The notes under the pieces are model-generated. The model was not told where the DNA came from, did no database searches, and saw nothing but the letters and a program-made list of their open reading frames with translations. 20,254 bases of DNA from positions 1-20,254 of the forward strand of contig JAQVDW010000032.1 in the NCBI GenBank assembly GCA_028698185.1. The letters run 5' to 3'. Positions 13,666 to 20,254 of this stretch are shown here, piece by piece. Numbering within the stretch: position 1 is the first letter of the stretch; each line of letters starts with the position of its first letter. The position numbers and the translations under genes are program-made. This DNA comes from Erysipelotrichaceae bacterium (lineage in GTDB: Bacteria; Bacillota_I; Bacilli_A; Erysipelotrichales; Coprobacillaceae).

Positions 13666-14775
13666 ATGACAGCATTGAAAACCCCTTGCTATGTGGTAAA
13701 CAAGCAGCGGCTAATCAATAACCTGGAAATACTCAAAAGCGTCAAGGATCGCACCGGATGCAAGGTGCTTTTGGCATCCAAGTGTTTCTCGATGTATTCC
13801 CTCTATCCGCTGATCGGACAATATCTCGATGGGGTATGCGCTTCGGGAGTCAACGAGGCCCGCTTGGGCCGGGAGGAGATGGACAAGGAAGTCCATACCT
13901 TCTCGCCGGCATTTTATCCAAACGAATTCGATGACATCGTCAGATATTCCAATGATATCGTGTTCAATTCATATTCCCAATATGAACGCTACAAGGACCA
14001 GCTGACCCCGGATATTTCCGTGGGCCTGCGGGTTAATCCGGAGTGCTCGACCCAGGATCACGGGATCTATGACCCTTGTGCGATCGGGTCGCGGCTGGGG
14101 CTGCTTGCAAAGACGCTTGAGGGCAAGGACATGAGCGGAATCGACGGATTCCATTTCCACACCTTGTGCGAGCAGGGCAGCGAGGATCTGGAAACGACAT
14201 TGGTCGCTTTCGAGGAGAAATTCGCCAAATACCTGCCATCCTTGAAGTGGATCAACTTCGGCGGTGGCCATCATATAACCAAACCCGGATACAATATCGA
14301 ACTGCTGATCGAACTGGTTAACAGGATCCAGGACAAATATCAGGTCCAGGTCATTCTCGAACCAGGTGAGGCGGTCGCGCTCGATGCCGGGGAGCTTTAT
14401 GCAAGCGTCCTTGATTTCAATGAGAATCATGGCGTAGTCAACGCAATACTTGATGCCTCGGCGGCATGTCATATGCCCGATGTTATCGAGATGCCTTACC
14501 GGCCCCGGGTTGTCGGTGAGAACCCTGAAGGCAAGTACACTTACCGCTTTGGCGGACCGACCTGTCTGGCTGGCGACGTCATCGGCGACTACAGCTTCGA
14601 CAAGCCCCTGCATATCGGCGAAACTGTCATCTTTGAGGATATGGCCATCTACACGATGGTCAAGAACAACACATTCAATGGCATGAACCTGCCTGCAATC
14701 TATATCGAGGATGGCGAAGAATTCAAACTGGTCAAGGAATTTGGCTACGAAGATTTCAAGTGCCGTCTTTCATAA
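13666..14775 (+). CDS. nspC: Carboxynorspermidine/carboxyspermidine decarboxylase (PLP, alanine-racemase fold)
   Basis: NspC-like blocks: KTPCYVVNKQRLINNLE, LLASKCFSMYSLYPLIGQYLDG, SGVNEARLG, GFHFHTLCEQ, NFGGGHH, ILEPGEAV, GGPTCLAGDVIG. The start is the ATG at 13666, one nt after the dehydrogenase stop; the track's TTG at 13633 is an upstream extension. Confidence 0.9.
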   Translation: MTALKTPCYVVNKQRLINNLEILKSVKDRTGCKVLLASKCFSMYSLYPLIGQYLDGVCASGVNEARLGREEMDKEVHTFSPAFYPNEFDDIVRYSNDIVFNSYSQYERYKDQLTPDISVGLRVNPECSTQDHGIYDPCAIGSRLGLLAKTLEGKDMSGIDGFHFHTLCEQGSEDLETTLVAFEEKFAKYLPSLKWINFGGGHHITKPGYNIELLIELVNRIQDKYQVQVILEPGEAVALDAGELYASVLDFNENHGVVNAILDASAACHMPDVIEMPYRPRVVGENPEGKYTYRFGGPTCLAGDVIGDYSFDKPLHIGETVIFEDMAIYTMVKNNTFNGMNLPAIYIEDGEEFKLVKEFGYEDFKCRLS

Positions 14776-14776
14776 C

Positions 14777-14818
14777 AAAAAACCTGTGGAAGTATTTAGC
14801 TTTTGCAGGTTTTGTTTT
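14777..14818 (+). terminator. Terminator-like hairpin after the polyamine operon
   Basis: AAAACCTG / CAGGTTTT form the stem, extended by G-U/A-U pairs around a TATTTA loop, followed by GTTTT. The Nudix RBS follows within about 10 nt. Confidence 0.6.
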
Positions 14819-14832
14819 ACAACGGAGGACTT

Positions 14833-15288
14833 ATGATTTTAACGACACTGGCGTATATTGAGAAAGAAGAAAAATATCTGATGCTTTATCGCAATAAAAA
14901 GGAAAATGACATCAACGAAGGCAAGTTTGTCGGCATCGGAGGAAAACTTGAACACGACGAATCGCCCCGTGAGGCCATCATCAGGGAAATCAAGGAGGAA
15001 ACCAACCTTGACGCAAGCAATCCCGAATACCAGGGCATGGTGACCTTCGTCAATGACATTTGCGAAACCGAGCTGATTTTCATTTACTTGGTCAGGGAAT
15101 TTTCGGGCGAAATCCAAGAATGCAACGAAGGTGAACTCCACTGGATAGAAAAAGACCGGATTCTTGAGCTCAACCTCTGGGCGGGCGACCGCTATTTTCT
15201 CGAGCCGATAATCAACGGCAAGCTTACCCGGCCAATCGATTACAAATTCATCTATTCAAAAGACGAACTTATCGAAGTGATAATGTAG
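14833..15288 (+). CDS. Nudix hydrolase (MutT/8-oxo-dGTPase-like)
   Basis: Nudix box GIGGKLEHDESPREAIIREIKEETNL (GX5EX7REUXEEXGU). The start is the ATG at 14833, with GGAGGA upstream. Confidence 0.88.
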   Translation: MILTTLAYIEKEEKYLMLYRNKKENDINEGKFVGIGGKLEHDESPREAIIREIKEETNLDASNPEYQGMVTFVNDICETELIFIYLVREFSGEIQECNEGELHWIEKDRILELNLWAGDRYFLEPIINGKLTRPIDYKFIYSKDELIEVIM

Positions 15289-15421
15289 AAATGACAACCT
15301 GACACTGGTTACCTAAACCCTATCAAAACGCTTTCATGAAGCCTAAAATATGTCGATGAACTCGTGATTTTTTGGACAAGTAAAAAAACTGCGATATTTT
15401 CTTATTTATTCTTCAAGTTGT

Positions 15422-15450
15422 TTGAATGTGCCTGGATATTGTGTTAATAT
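15422..15450 (+). promoter_or_regulatory. Promoter of the split transketolase operon
   Basis: TTGAAT (15422-15427), 17-nt spacer, TGtTAATAT (hexamer 15445-15450). This implies a leader of about 100 nt. Confidence 0.55.
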
Positions 15451-15560
15451 ATTAAATGCCTTAGCACGATATAATAACTATTTCAGAAAATATCGGCGGA
15501 CTGACAATACAACTATCGGTGCTAACGGGATATTGTGGATATCTAATAGAGGAGAAAAAA

Positions 15561-16385
15561 ATGGATAAGTTAGAATTACAAAAAATAGCTAATCAGATTC
15601 GTATCGGTGCCATTAATGCGGTTCACTGCGCGAGTTCAGGCCATCCAGGCGGTTCGCTGTCAGCTGCGGACATATTAACTTATTTGTATTTTGTGGAAAT
15701 GAATATCGATCCTAAAAATCCAAAAATGGATGAACGTGATCGTTTTGTCTTGTCGAAAGGCCATGTGACCCCGGGTTACTATGCGACCTTGGCCAACAGA
15801 GGTTATTTCGACGTGTCCGAACTGGCAACATTCAGAAAAGTCGGAACAAGATTGCAGGGACATCCGGCAATGCAATATATCGACGGAATCGACATGTCTT
15901 CAGGATCTCTTGGTCAAGGTCTTTCAACGGCAGTGGGAATGGCCAAAGCCTTCCAAATGGACAAGAAATCAAACCGTGTCTATGCCCTTTGCGGTGACGG
16001 GGAAATTCAAGAAGGCCAAATCTGGGAAGCGGCGATGTTTGCCGGTTCAAACCACTTGGACAACCTGACAGTTGTTGTTGACAACAACAATCTTCAAATT
16101 GACGGTTCGATCGAGGAAGTCAATTCACCTTATCCAATTGATAAAAAATTCGAAGCTTTCAATTTCAACGTGATCACTATCGACGGCCATGACTTCGACG
16201 AGATTGCGGCGGGATTCAAGGCCGCAAGAGAATTCAAAGGGAAACCGACTGTGATCATCGCCAAAACGATCAAAGGAAAAGGTGTTTCCTTCATGGAAAA
16301 CAATGTTGCTTGGCATGGAAGCGCGCCAAACGACAGCCAATGTGACCAGGCAATGGCTGATTTGATGAAAGGTGAGGTGGCATAA
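15561..16385 (+). CDS. Transketolase, N-terminal (TPP-binding) subunit
   Basis: Motifs SGHPGGSLSAADIL, LSKGH, GSLGQGLS and CGDGEIQEGQIWEA. About 274 aa, the split-transketolase form. The start is the ATG at 15561, after GAGGAG. Confidence 0.93.
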   Translation: MDKLELQKIANQIRIGAINAVHCASSGHPGGSLSAADILTYLYFVEMNIDPKNPKMDERDRFVLSKGHVTPGYYATLANRGYFDVSELATFRKVGTRLQGHPAMQYIDGIDMSSGSLGQGLSTAVGMAKAFQMDKKSNRVYALCGDGEIQEGQIWEAAMFAGSNHLDNLTVVVDNNNLQIDGSIEEVNSPYPIDKKFEAFNFNVITIDGHDFDEIAAGFKAAREFKGKPTVIIAKTIKGKGVSFMENNVAWHGSAPNDSQCDQAMADLMKGEVA

Positions 16386-16387
16386 TA

Positions 16388-17320
16388 ATGGCAGATAAGA
16401 TTGCAACTAGAATCTCATACGGGGAAACCCTGGTTGAGCTTGGAAAAATCCATGAGGATTTGGTGGTATTGGATGCCGATCTGGCTGCCGCTACAAAGAC
16501 CGACATGTTCAAAAAGGCTTTTCCTGAACGTTTCATCGACGTCGGAATCGCTGAAGCGAACCTGATGGGTATCGCTGCGGGAATGAGCACATGTGGCAAA
16601 GTTCCTTTTTGCTCTACTTTCGCGATGTTCGCGGCCGGACGAGCGTTCGAACAGGTCCGCAACACAATCGGATACCCTCATCTGAATGTGAAAATCGGGG
16701 CTACCCATGCCGGAATAACTGTCGGTGAAGACGGGGCGTCGCATCAGTGCAACGAAGACCTGGCCTTGATGAGCACAATCCCGGGCATGACGGTAATCGT
16801 TCCAAGTGACGATATCGAAGCAAGAGCGGCAGTAAAAGCTGCTTATGAGACTTATGGGCCGATGTATCTTCGGTTCGGTCGGGCGCCGGTTGATGTGATC
16901 AATGATTTCGAAGGATACAAATTCGAAATCGGCAAAGGTGTCAAACTCAAAGAAGGAAAAGATATCACCATCATCGCGACCGGTATCTGCGTTGGCAATT
17001 CATTGGAAGCGGCCAAAATGCTTGAAGCCGATGGGATCAGCGCTGAAGTCATCAATATCCATACGATCAAACCATTGGATGCGAACATCATCATCGAGTC
17101 AGCGAAGAAGACTAACCGCGTCTTCACTGTTGAGGAACATTCAATAATCAACGGATTGGGTTCTCAAGTTGCCAGCACCCTTGGAGAAAACCATCCGGTA
17201 AAAGTAACCAAGATCGGGATGTACGATGTTTTCGGTGAATCAGGTCCGGCGGCAGAGCTTCTGGTGAAATACCAATTTGATCCAACAGGAATCTATAACC
17301 AGATCAAAGCGAAATTATAA
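16388..17320 (+). CDS. Transketolase, C-terminal (pyrimidine-binding) subunit
   Basis: Motifs: RISYGETLVELG, FIDVGIAEANLMGIAAG, GEDGASHQ. 310 aa; it starts 2 nt after the N-subunit stop. Confidence 0.93.
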   Translation: MADKIATRISYGETLVELGKIHEDLVVLDADLAAATKTDMFKKAFPERFIDVGIAEANLMGIAAGMSTCGKVPFCSTFAMFAAGRAFEQVRNTIGYPHLNVKIGATHAGITVGEDGASHQCNEDLALMSTIPGMTVIVPSDDIEARAAVKAAYETYGPMYLRFGRAPVDVINDFEGYKFEIGKGVKLKEGKDITIIATGICVGNSLEAAKMLEADGISAEVINIHTIKPLDANIIIESAKKTNRVFTVEEHSIINGLGSQVASTLGENHPVKVTKIGMYDVFGESGPAAELLVKYQFDPTGIYNQIKAKL

Positions 17321-17324
17321 TATG

Positions 17325-17358
17325 AAAAAAACACATATCGTTGCGATATGTGTTTTTT
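17325..17358. terminator. Bidirectional intrinsic terminator between convergent tkt and anSME genes
   Basis: AAAAAAACACATATCG (17325-17340) / CGATATGTGTTTTTT (17344-17358) are perfectly complementary, with A-runs and T-runs on both sides. The hairpin overlaps the anSME stop codon. Confidence 0.9.
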
Positions 17359-18478
17359 AGCGTTGGCGTTCCTGCCAGTATTCCAATACTTCCCTTAACT
17401 GGTCGAGCCGGTTGTCGAGGAAGTATCGATAGGACTCACAGAAGTGGTTTTTCAACAGGCGGCCGTTGGCCTGTTCGATATTCCGGTAGCAGCCGCCGCC
17501 ACAATACTTCAGGTATTGACATTCAAGACATTCCTCGTTGATCTCCCGTGAGAGCTCGATGAATTTCAGTTCCTTGCGCTTATGGTCGAATTCCTTGAAT
17601 GTGCCGGTATTGACATTTCCCAGGACGAGTTCGTCCAGGCAGTAGAAATCACAAGGATAGACATTGCCGTTGGCCTCGACAACATAGTTTTTCGCACAGC
17701 CGGTCTTGTAGGTGCAAAGTTCGTTTCTGATGTCGTTTTCGATCATCATCAGGTTTTCAAAATAGCGGATAAAAACATAGCGCCCGCTCATCATTTCCTG
17801 ATAATATTTGTCGAAGATGGCGACCAAAAATTTGCCGTACTCGGCAGGATCAAGCGAGAAGGGACTGCTGTTTTTTGGCACGCCCAGGGGATCGAGGCAC
17901 TCGATGAACTGGAGATAGCGCAGGTCATTTTTCATGAATGTGTCAAACATTTCTTCGGGATGCTTGACATTTTCGCTGTTGACAACGCAAAGGATGTTGA
18001 AATCGATCTTGTATCGTTTCAGCAGCGATATGGTCTCCATGACGCGATTGTAACTGCCCTTGCCGTCGGGGTAGACCCGGTAACGGTCATGGGTCAGCTT
18101 GAGCCCGTCCAATGAGATTCCGACCATGAAGTTGTTACGCGCTAGGAAGCGGCACCAGTCGCGGTCAATAGTCGTACCATTGGTCTGGATCGAATAGTGG
18201 ATCGGGATTTTTTTTGTGTTGCGAAGATGCACATAGTCGACAAACCGTTCGAAATACTCCAGCCCGGCCAAAGTCGGTTCGCCCCCCTGAAAGGCGAAAC
18301 TGATGGAGTCGGTGGCACTCGCCAGGGCTAGGGTGATCATATTTGATGTGGTATTTTCGTCCATGAAATTGAAGTTGCCTGACTTGCGATTCTCAAGTTC
18401 GTCGAGATAGAAGCAGTAATGGCAACGCAGATTGCAGGTTCCCGATGCGGGTTTTATAAGAAGTGAAAGATTTTTCAT
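17357..18478 (-). CDS. Anaerobic sulfatase-maturating enzyme (radical SAM / SPASM domain)
   Basis: Collinear with my recollection of Clostridium perfringens anSME: LSLLIKPASGTCNLRCHYCFY (CX3CX2C), SFAFQGGEPTLAGLEYF, IQTNGT, FNILCVV, LQFIECLDP. The SPASM cysteines are present: C-x5-C-x14-C (CTYKTGC...YPCDFY) and CLECQYLKYCGGGC, plus HFCESY. The start is the ATG at 18478, with GGAGA 8 nt upstream and 1 nt after the rpiR stop. Confidence 0.88.
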   Translation of the reverse strand: MKNLSLLIKPASGTCNLRCHYCFYLDELENRKSGNFNFMDENTTSNMITLALASATDSISFAFQGGEPTLAGLEYFERFVDYVHLRNTKKIPIHYSIQTNGTTIDRDWCRFLARNNFMVGISLDGLKLTHDRYRVYPDGKGSYNRVMETISLLKRYKIDFNILCVVNSENVKHPEEMFDTFMKNDLRYLQFIECLDPLGVPKNSSPFSLDPAEYGKFLVAIFDKYYQEMMSGRYVFIRYFENLMMIENDIRNELCTYKTGCAKNYVVEANGNVYPCDFYCLDELVLGNVNTGTFKEFDHKRKELKFIELSREINEECLECQYLKYCGGGCYRNIEQANGRLLKNHFCESYRYFLDNRLDQLREVLEYWQERQR

Positions 18479-18479
18479 A

Positions 18480-19256
18480 TTACTTGTCTCCATTGATTTT
18501 TGCGAGTTGCGAAACGAATATTTCGATAAAGACGTAGCTTATGGCCTGGAGGTCCAGAAATGTTCCGTATTGCATCAGGTTATGGGGCAATGCGAAGTAA
18601 TAGTCAACGTCATTTTTGAACTTCAGGTCGTCAGCAAAGGTGACGACCATGATTTTGGCTTTGGTTTGTGAAAACTCGTCAGAATAACGGCCATAAAAGC
18701 CGGTGTTGTCGTTGTTGGTGAAGATTATAATCATGTCGTCTTCGCTAATGGTGCGCACCGTGTCGAGAATCAGCGCCGTATCATCGATGGCGTGGGAGAT
18801 TTCGGTATAGGTGTTCAAGACCCGGTAACAAAACTGTTTGGCGGCCAGGCCGGCCTTGTTCAGTCCGAACACCTTGGAACGGTTTACGGTTGCCAGGTCT
18901 TGGCAGGCCTTCTTTATGACATCAAGATCCAGGCTGTCGTTTAGGGCCTCGATCGAGCTGATGTATTTGGTGGTGATGATTTTGATTAGGTCGCTCTGGC
19001 TGTTGGTCGAGCTGTCCATCGTGTTGTTGGAAATTAGGTAGCGGTTGATCTCGTAGCGCAGCTCGATATAGCCGTTGAAACCGAGCTTTTTGGCGAAGCG
19101 GATCAGTCCGGCTTTTGATATCCCGACTGCCTGCGTTATATTTTCGATGTCCTTGCGGCAGAACTGCCGGGGATTGTTGATGATGTAGTTGGCGATTTTG
19201 AGTTCGTTGTTCGTATATTTGTCAAAACTTGCTTGGATCAGTTCTAAAATATCCAT
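18480..19256 (-). CDS. RpiR/MurR family transcriptional regulator (HTH_6 + SIS domain)
   Basis: N-terminal HTH (NELKIANYIINNPRQ...ITQAVGISKAGLIRFAKKLGFNGY) and a C-terminal SIS-like domain. The start is the ATG at 19256, with GGAGG 7 nt upstream; the track start at 19298 lies in the promoter. Confidence 0.88.
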   Translation of the reverse strand: MDILELIQASFDKYTNNELKIANYIINNPRQFCRKDIENITQAVGISKAGLIRFAKKLGFNGYIELRYEINRYLISNNTMDSSTNSQSDLIKIITTKYISSIEALNDSLDLDVIKKACQDLATVNRSKVFGLNKAGLAAKQFCYRVLNTYTEISHAIDDTALILDTVRTISEDDMIIIFTNNDNTGFYGRYSDEFSQTKAKIMVVTFADDLKFKNDVDYYFALPHNLMQYGTFLDLQAISYVFIEIFVSQLAKINGDK

Positions 19257-19274
19257 ATTTGCACCTCCGGATTG

Positions 19275-19303
19275 ATTATAACACATAATAAAATACATTT
19301 CAA
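19275..19303 (-). promoter_or_regulatory. Candidate promoter of rpiR-anSME
   Basis: Minus strand: TTGAAA (19303-19298), 17-nt spacer, TGtTATAAT (hexamer 19280-19275). Caveat: the predicted start site would fall almost on the SD, giving a very short leader. Confidence 0.45.
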
Positions 19304-19355
19304 AATACTATGAAATAAATGAAATACATTTCTAAAAGTTATTGAAATCGATTTC
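19290..19355. promoter_or_regulatory. Three copies of a GAAAT-N2-ATTTC palindrome (probable RpiR operators)
   Basis: The copies are aAAATACATTTC (19290-19301), GAAATACATTTC (19321-19332) and the perfect palindrome GAAATCGATTTC (19344-19355), plus an extra GAAAT half-site at 19312-19316. The outer sites overlap the -35 boxes of the two divergent promoters. Confidence 0.6.
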
Positions 19356-19370
19356 GGCAAATGCTATGAT
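19342..19370 (+). promoter_or_regulatory. Promoter of the PTS operon
   Basis: TTGAAA (19342-19347), 17-nt spacer, TGcTATGAT (hexamer 19365-19370). Confidence 0.6.
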
Positions 19371-19415
19371 ACTTGTGTGGAGCGCTTACACCAAATTTAA
19401 CAGAGGAGAGAAATC

Positions 19416-20254
19416 ATGAAATCATTGTCAAACTTTCTTGAAAAGTATTTAGTCCCCCTGGCAGTCAAACTATCAAACAATATCTACCTGGGTTCGGTTT
19501 CGCTTGGCTTTAGTTACCTGTTGCCTGTAATCATGGTCGGGGCCTTGTTTACATTGTTCACCTCGTTGAACTTCGAAATCTATCAGAATTTTATCACCAG
19601 TATCGGATTGAGCACGATCCTTTCGTTCGCATCGACCTATACGACCAACATGCTTGCGGTTTATGCGGTTTTCCTGATTGCCAAGGCTTATGGGGAAAAG
19701 ATCGGTTATGAAAAGGAATCGATCATCGTCGGTGTCCTGGCGCTGGTCGCATTTTTGATCCTTATTCCTACCGGGGCCCATCCTTTGGAATCGGGAGCGA
19801 CAGTCCCTTACTTGCCTACAAAATTCCTGGGTGCCCCTGGGCTGTTCTCGGCAATCATCGTCGCGCTGGCAACCGCTCTGATTTATTTCTTCTTCATTAA
19901 AAACCATATCGTCATCAAACTGCCGGATTCGGTGCCTCCAACCATCGGGAAAAGTTTTTCGGCCATCCTGCCGGGAATGGCGATTGTCTTTATCTTCGGT
20001 CTTATCCGTCATTTGTTCACAATGACTAGCTACGGTGATTTCAACACCGCAATCTATACGATTGTTCAAAAACCATTGGTAAGTCTTGGGGCCAGCCCGA
20101 TCACTTACATCCTGCTTATTGTTGTCTGCTCGCTGCTGTGGTTCGTGGGAATCCATGGCGGAATGATTGTAATGCCAATCCTGTCGATGCTTTACATGCC
20201 GGCATTGCTGGAAAACCTGGCTGCATTTGAAGCCGGAACCCAACTTCCTAATAT
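19416..20254 (+). CDS. PTS sugar transporter subunit EIIC, lactose/cellobiose family (3' end outside the window)
   Basis: Not in the ORF track because it runs off the window. My manual translation from the ATG at 19416 (GAGGAGAG upstream) is open to the window end: MKSLSNFLEKYLVPLAVKLSNNIYLGSV...IKLPDSVPPTIGKSFSAILPG...LLWFVGIHGGMIVMPIL. These are hallmark CelB-type EIIC motifs in a hydrophobic polytopic protein. Confidence 0.88.
   Translation, partial: MKSLSNFLEKYLVPLAVKLSNNIYLGSVSLGFSYLLPVIMVGALFTLFTSLNFEIYQNFITSIGLSTILSFASTYTTNMLAVYAVFLIAKAYGEKIGYEKESIIVGVLALVAFLILIPTGAHPLESGATVPYLPTKFLGAPGLFSAIIVALATALIYFFFIKNHIVIKLPDSVPPTIGKSFSAILPGMAIVFIFGLIRHLFTMTSYGDFNTAIYTIVQKPLVSLGASPITYILLIVVCSLLWFVGIHGGMIVMPILSMLYMPALLENLAAFEAGTQLPN

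Noticed and set aside
15451-15560. TPP riboswitch upstream of the TPP-dependent transketolase
   Set aside because: The conserved THI-box elements (CUGAGA, ACCUGAUCUGGAUAAUGCCAGCG-like) are absent. Only a CTGACA is present, which is not sufficient.
17357-18478. The SPASM radical SAM enzyme as a RiPP (sactipeptide/ranthipeptide) maturase
   Set aside because: No small Cys-rich precursor ORF is adjacent; the neighbours are a terminator on one side and rpiR on the other. The protein is also collinear with the characterised Clostridium anSME, including all auxiliary-cluster cysteines.
19473-20243. 256-aa minus-strand ORF from the track
   Set aside because: Its composition is aberrant: it is rich in R, D, Q, C, H and K and lacks a hydrophobic core or any recognisable motif. 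It lies exactly antisense to a clean, motif-bearing PTS EIIC frame (19416 onward) that has its own RBS and promoter. It is a shadow ORF.
1-20254. Mobile elements, CRISPR arrays, tRNA genes and long direct or inverted repeats
   Set aside because: Scanning by eye found no transposase or integrase-like ORF, no regularly spaced repeats and no tRNA-like cloverleaf after the 5S gene. The only repeats are the short operator palindromes reported above. A computational repeat or tRNA scan would be needed for certainty.

Overview
Chromosomal, housekeeping or metabolic DNA from a Gram-positive (Bacillota-like) organism. The taxonomic hints are a class 3 FBPase, a split transketolase, an anaerobic sulfatase maturase, strong GGAGG Shine-Dalgarno sites and many TGn extended -10 promoters. 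The window opens in the 3' end of a 5S rRNA gene and then carries 19 protein genes. In order these are: a marR-MATE efflux operon (minus strand) divergent from a YdhF-like aldo/keto reductase; lrgA-lrgB; class 3 fructose-1,6-bisphosphatase; a MarR-type regulator followed by Lon protease; a tightly packed five-gene polyamine operon (speD, speA-like decarboxylase, speE, carboxy(nor)spermidine dehydrogenase, carboxy(nor)spermidine decarboxylase); a Nudix hydrolase; split transketolase (N and C subunits); a convergent rpiR-anSME (radical SAM/SPASM) pair; and a divergent, 3'-truncated PTS EIIC (lactose/cellobiose family) gene that the ORF track missed. I see no transposase, integrase, phage gene, CRISPR array or recognisable defence gene. 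The most interesting content is the polyamine operon, which joins the dcSAM-dependent and the aspartate-semialdehyde-dependent aminopropylation modules in one translationally coupled unit and lacks any agmatine-to-putrescine enzyme. Upstream of it lies an unusually long (~300 nt) region with tandem promoters, a G+C-rich island and a terminator-like hairpin just before the speD RBS. The sulfatase-less anSME/RpiR/PTS locus with repeated GAAAT-N2-ATTTC palindromes is a secondary point of interest. All calls rest on by-eye motif and family recognition. No searches or folding calculations were run.
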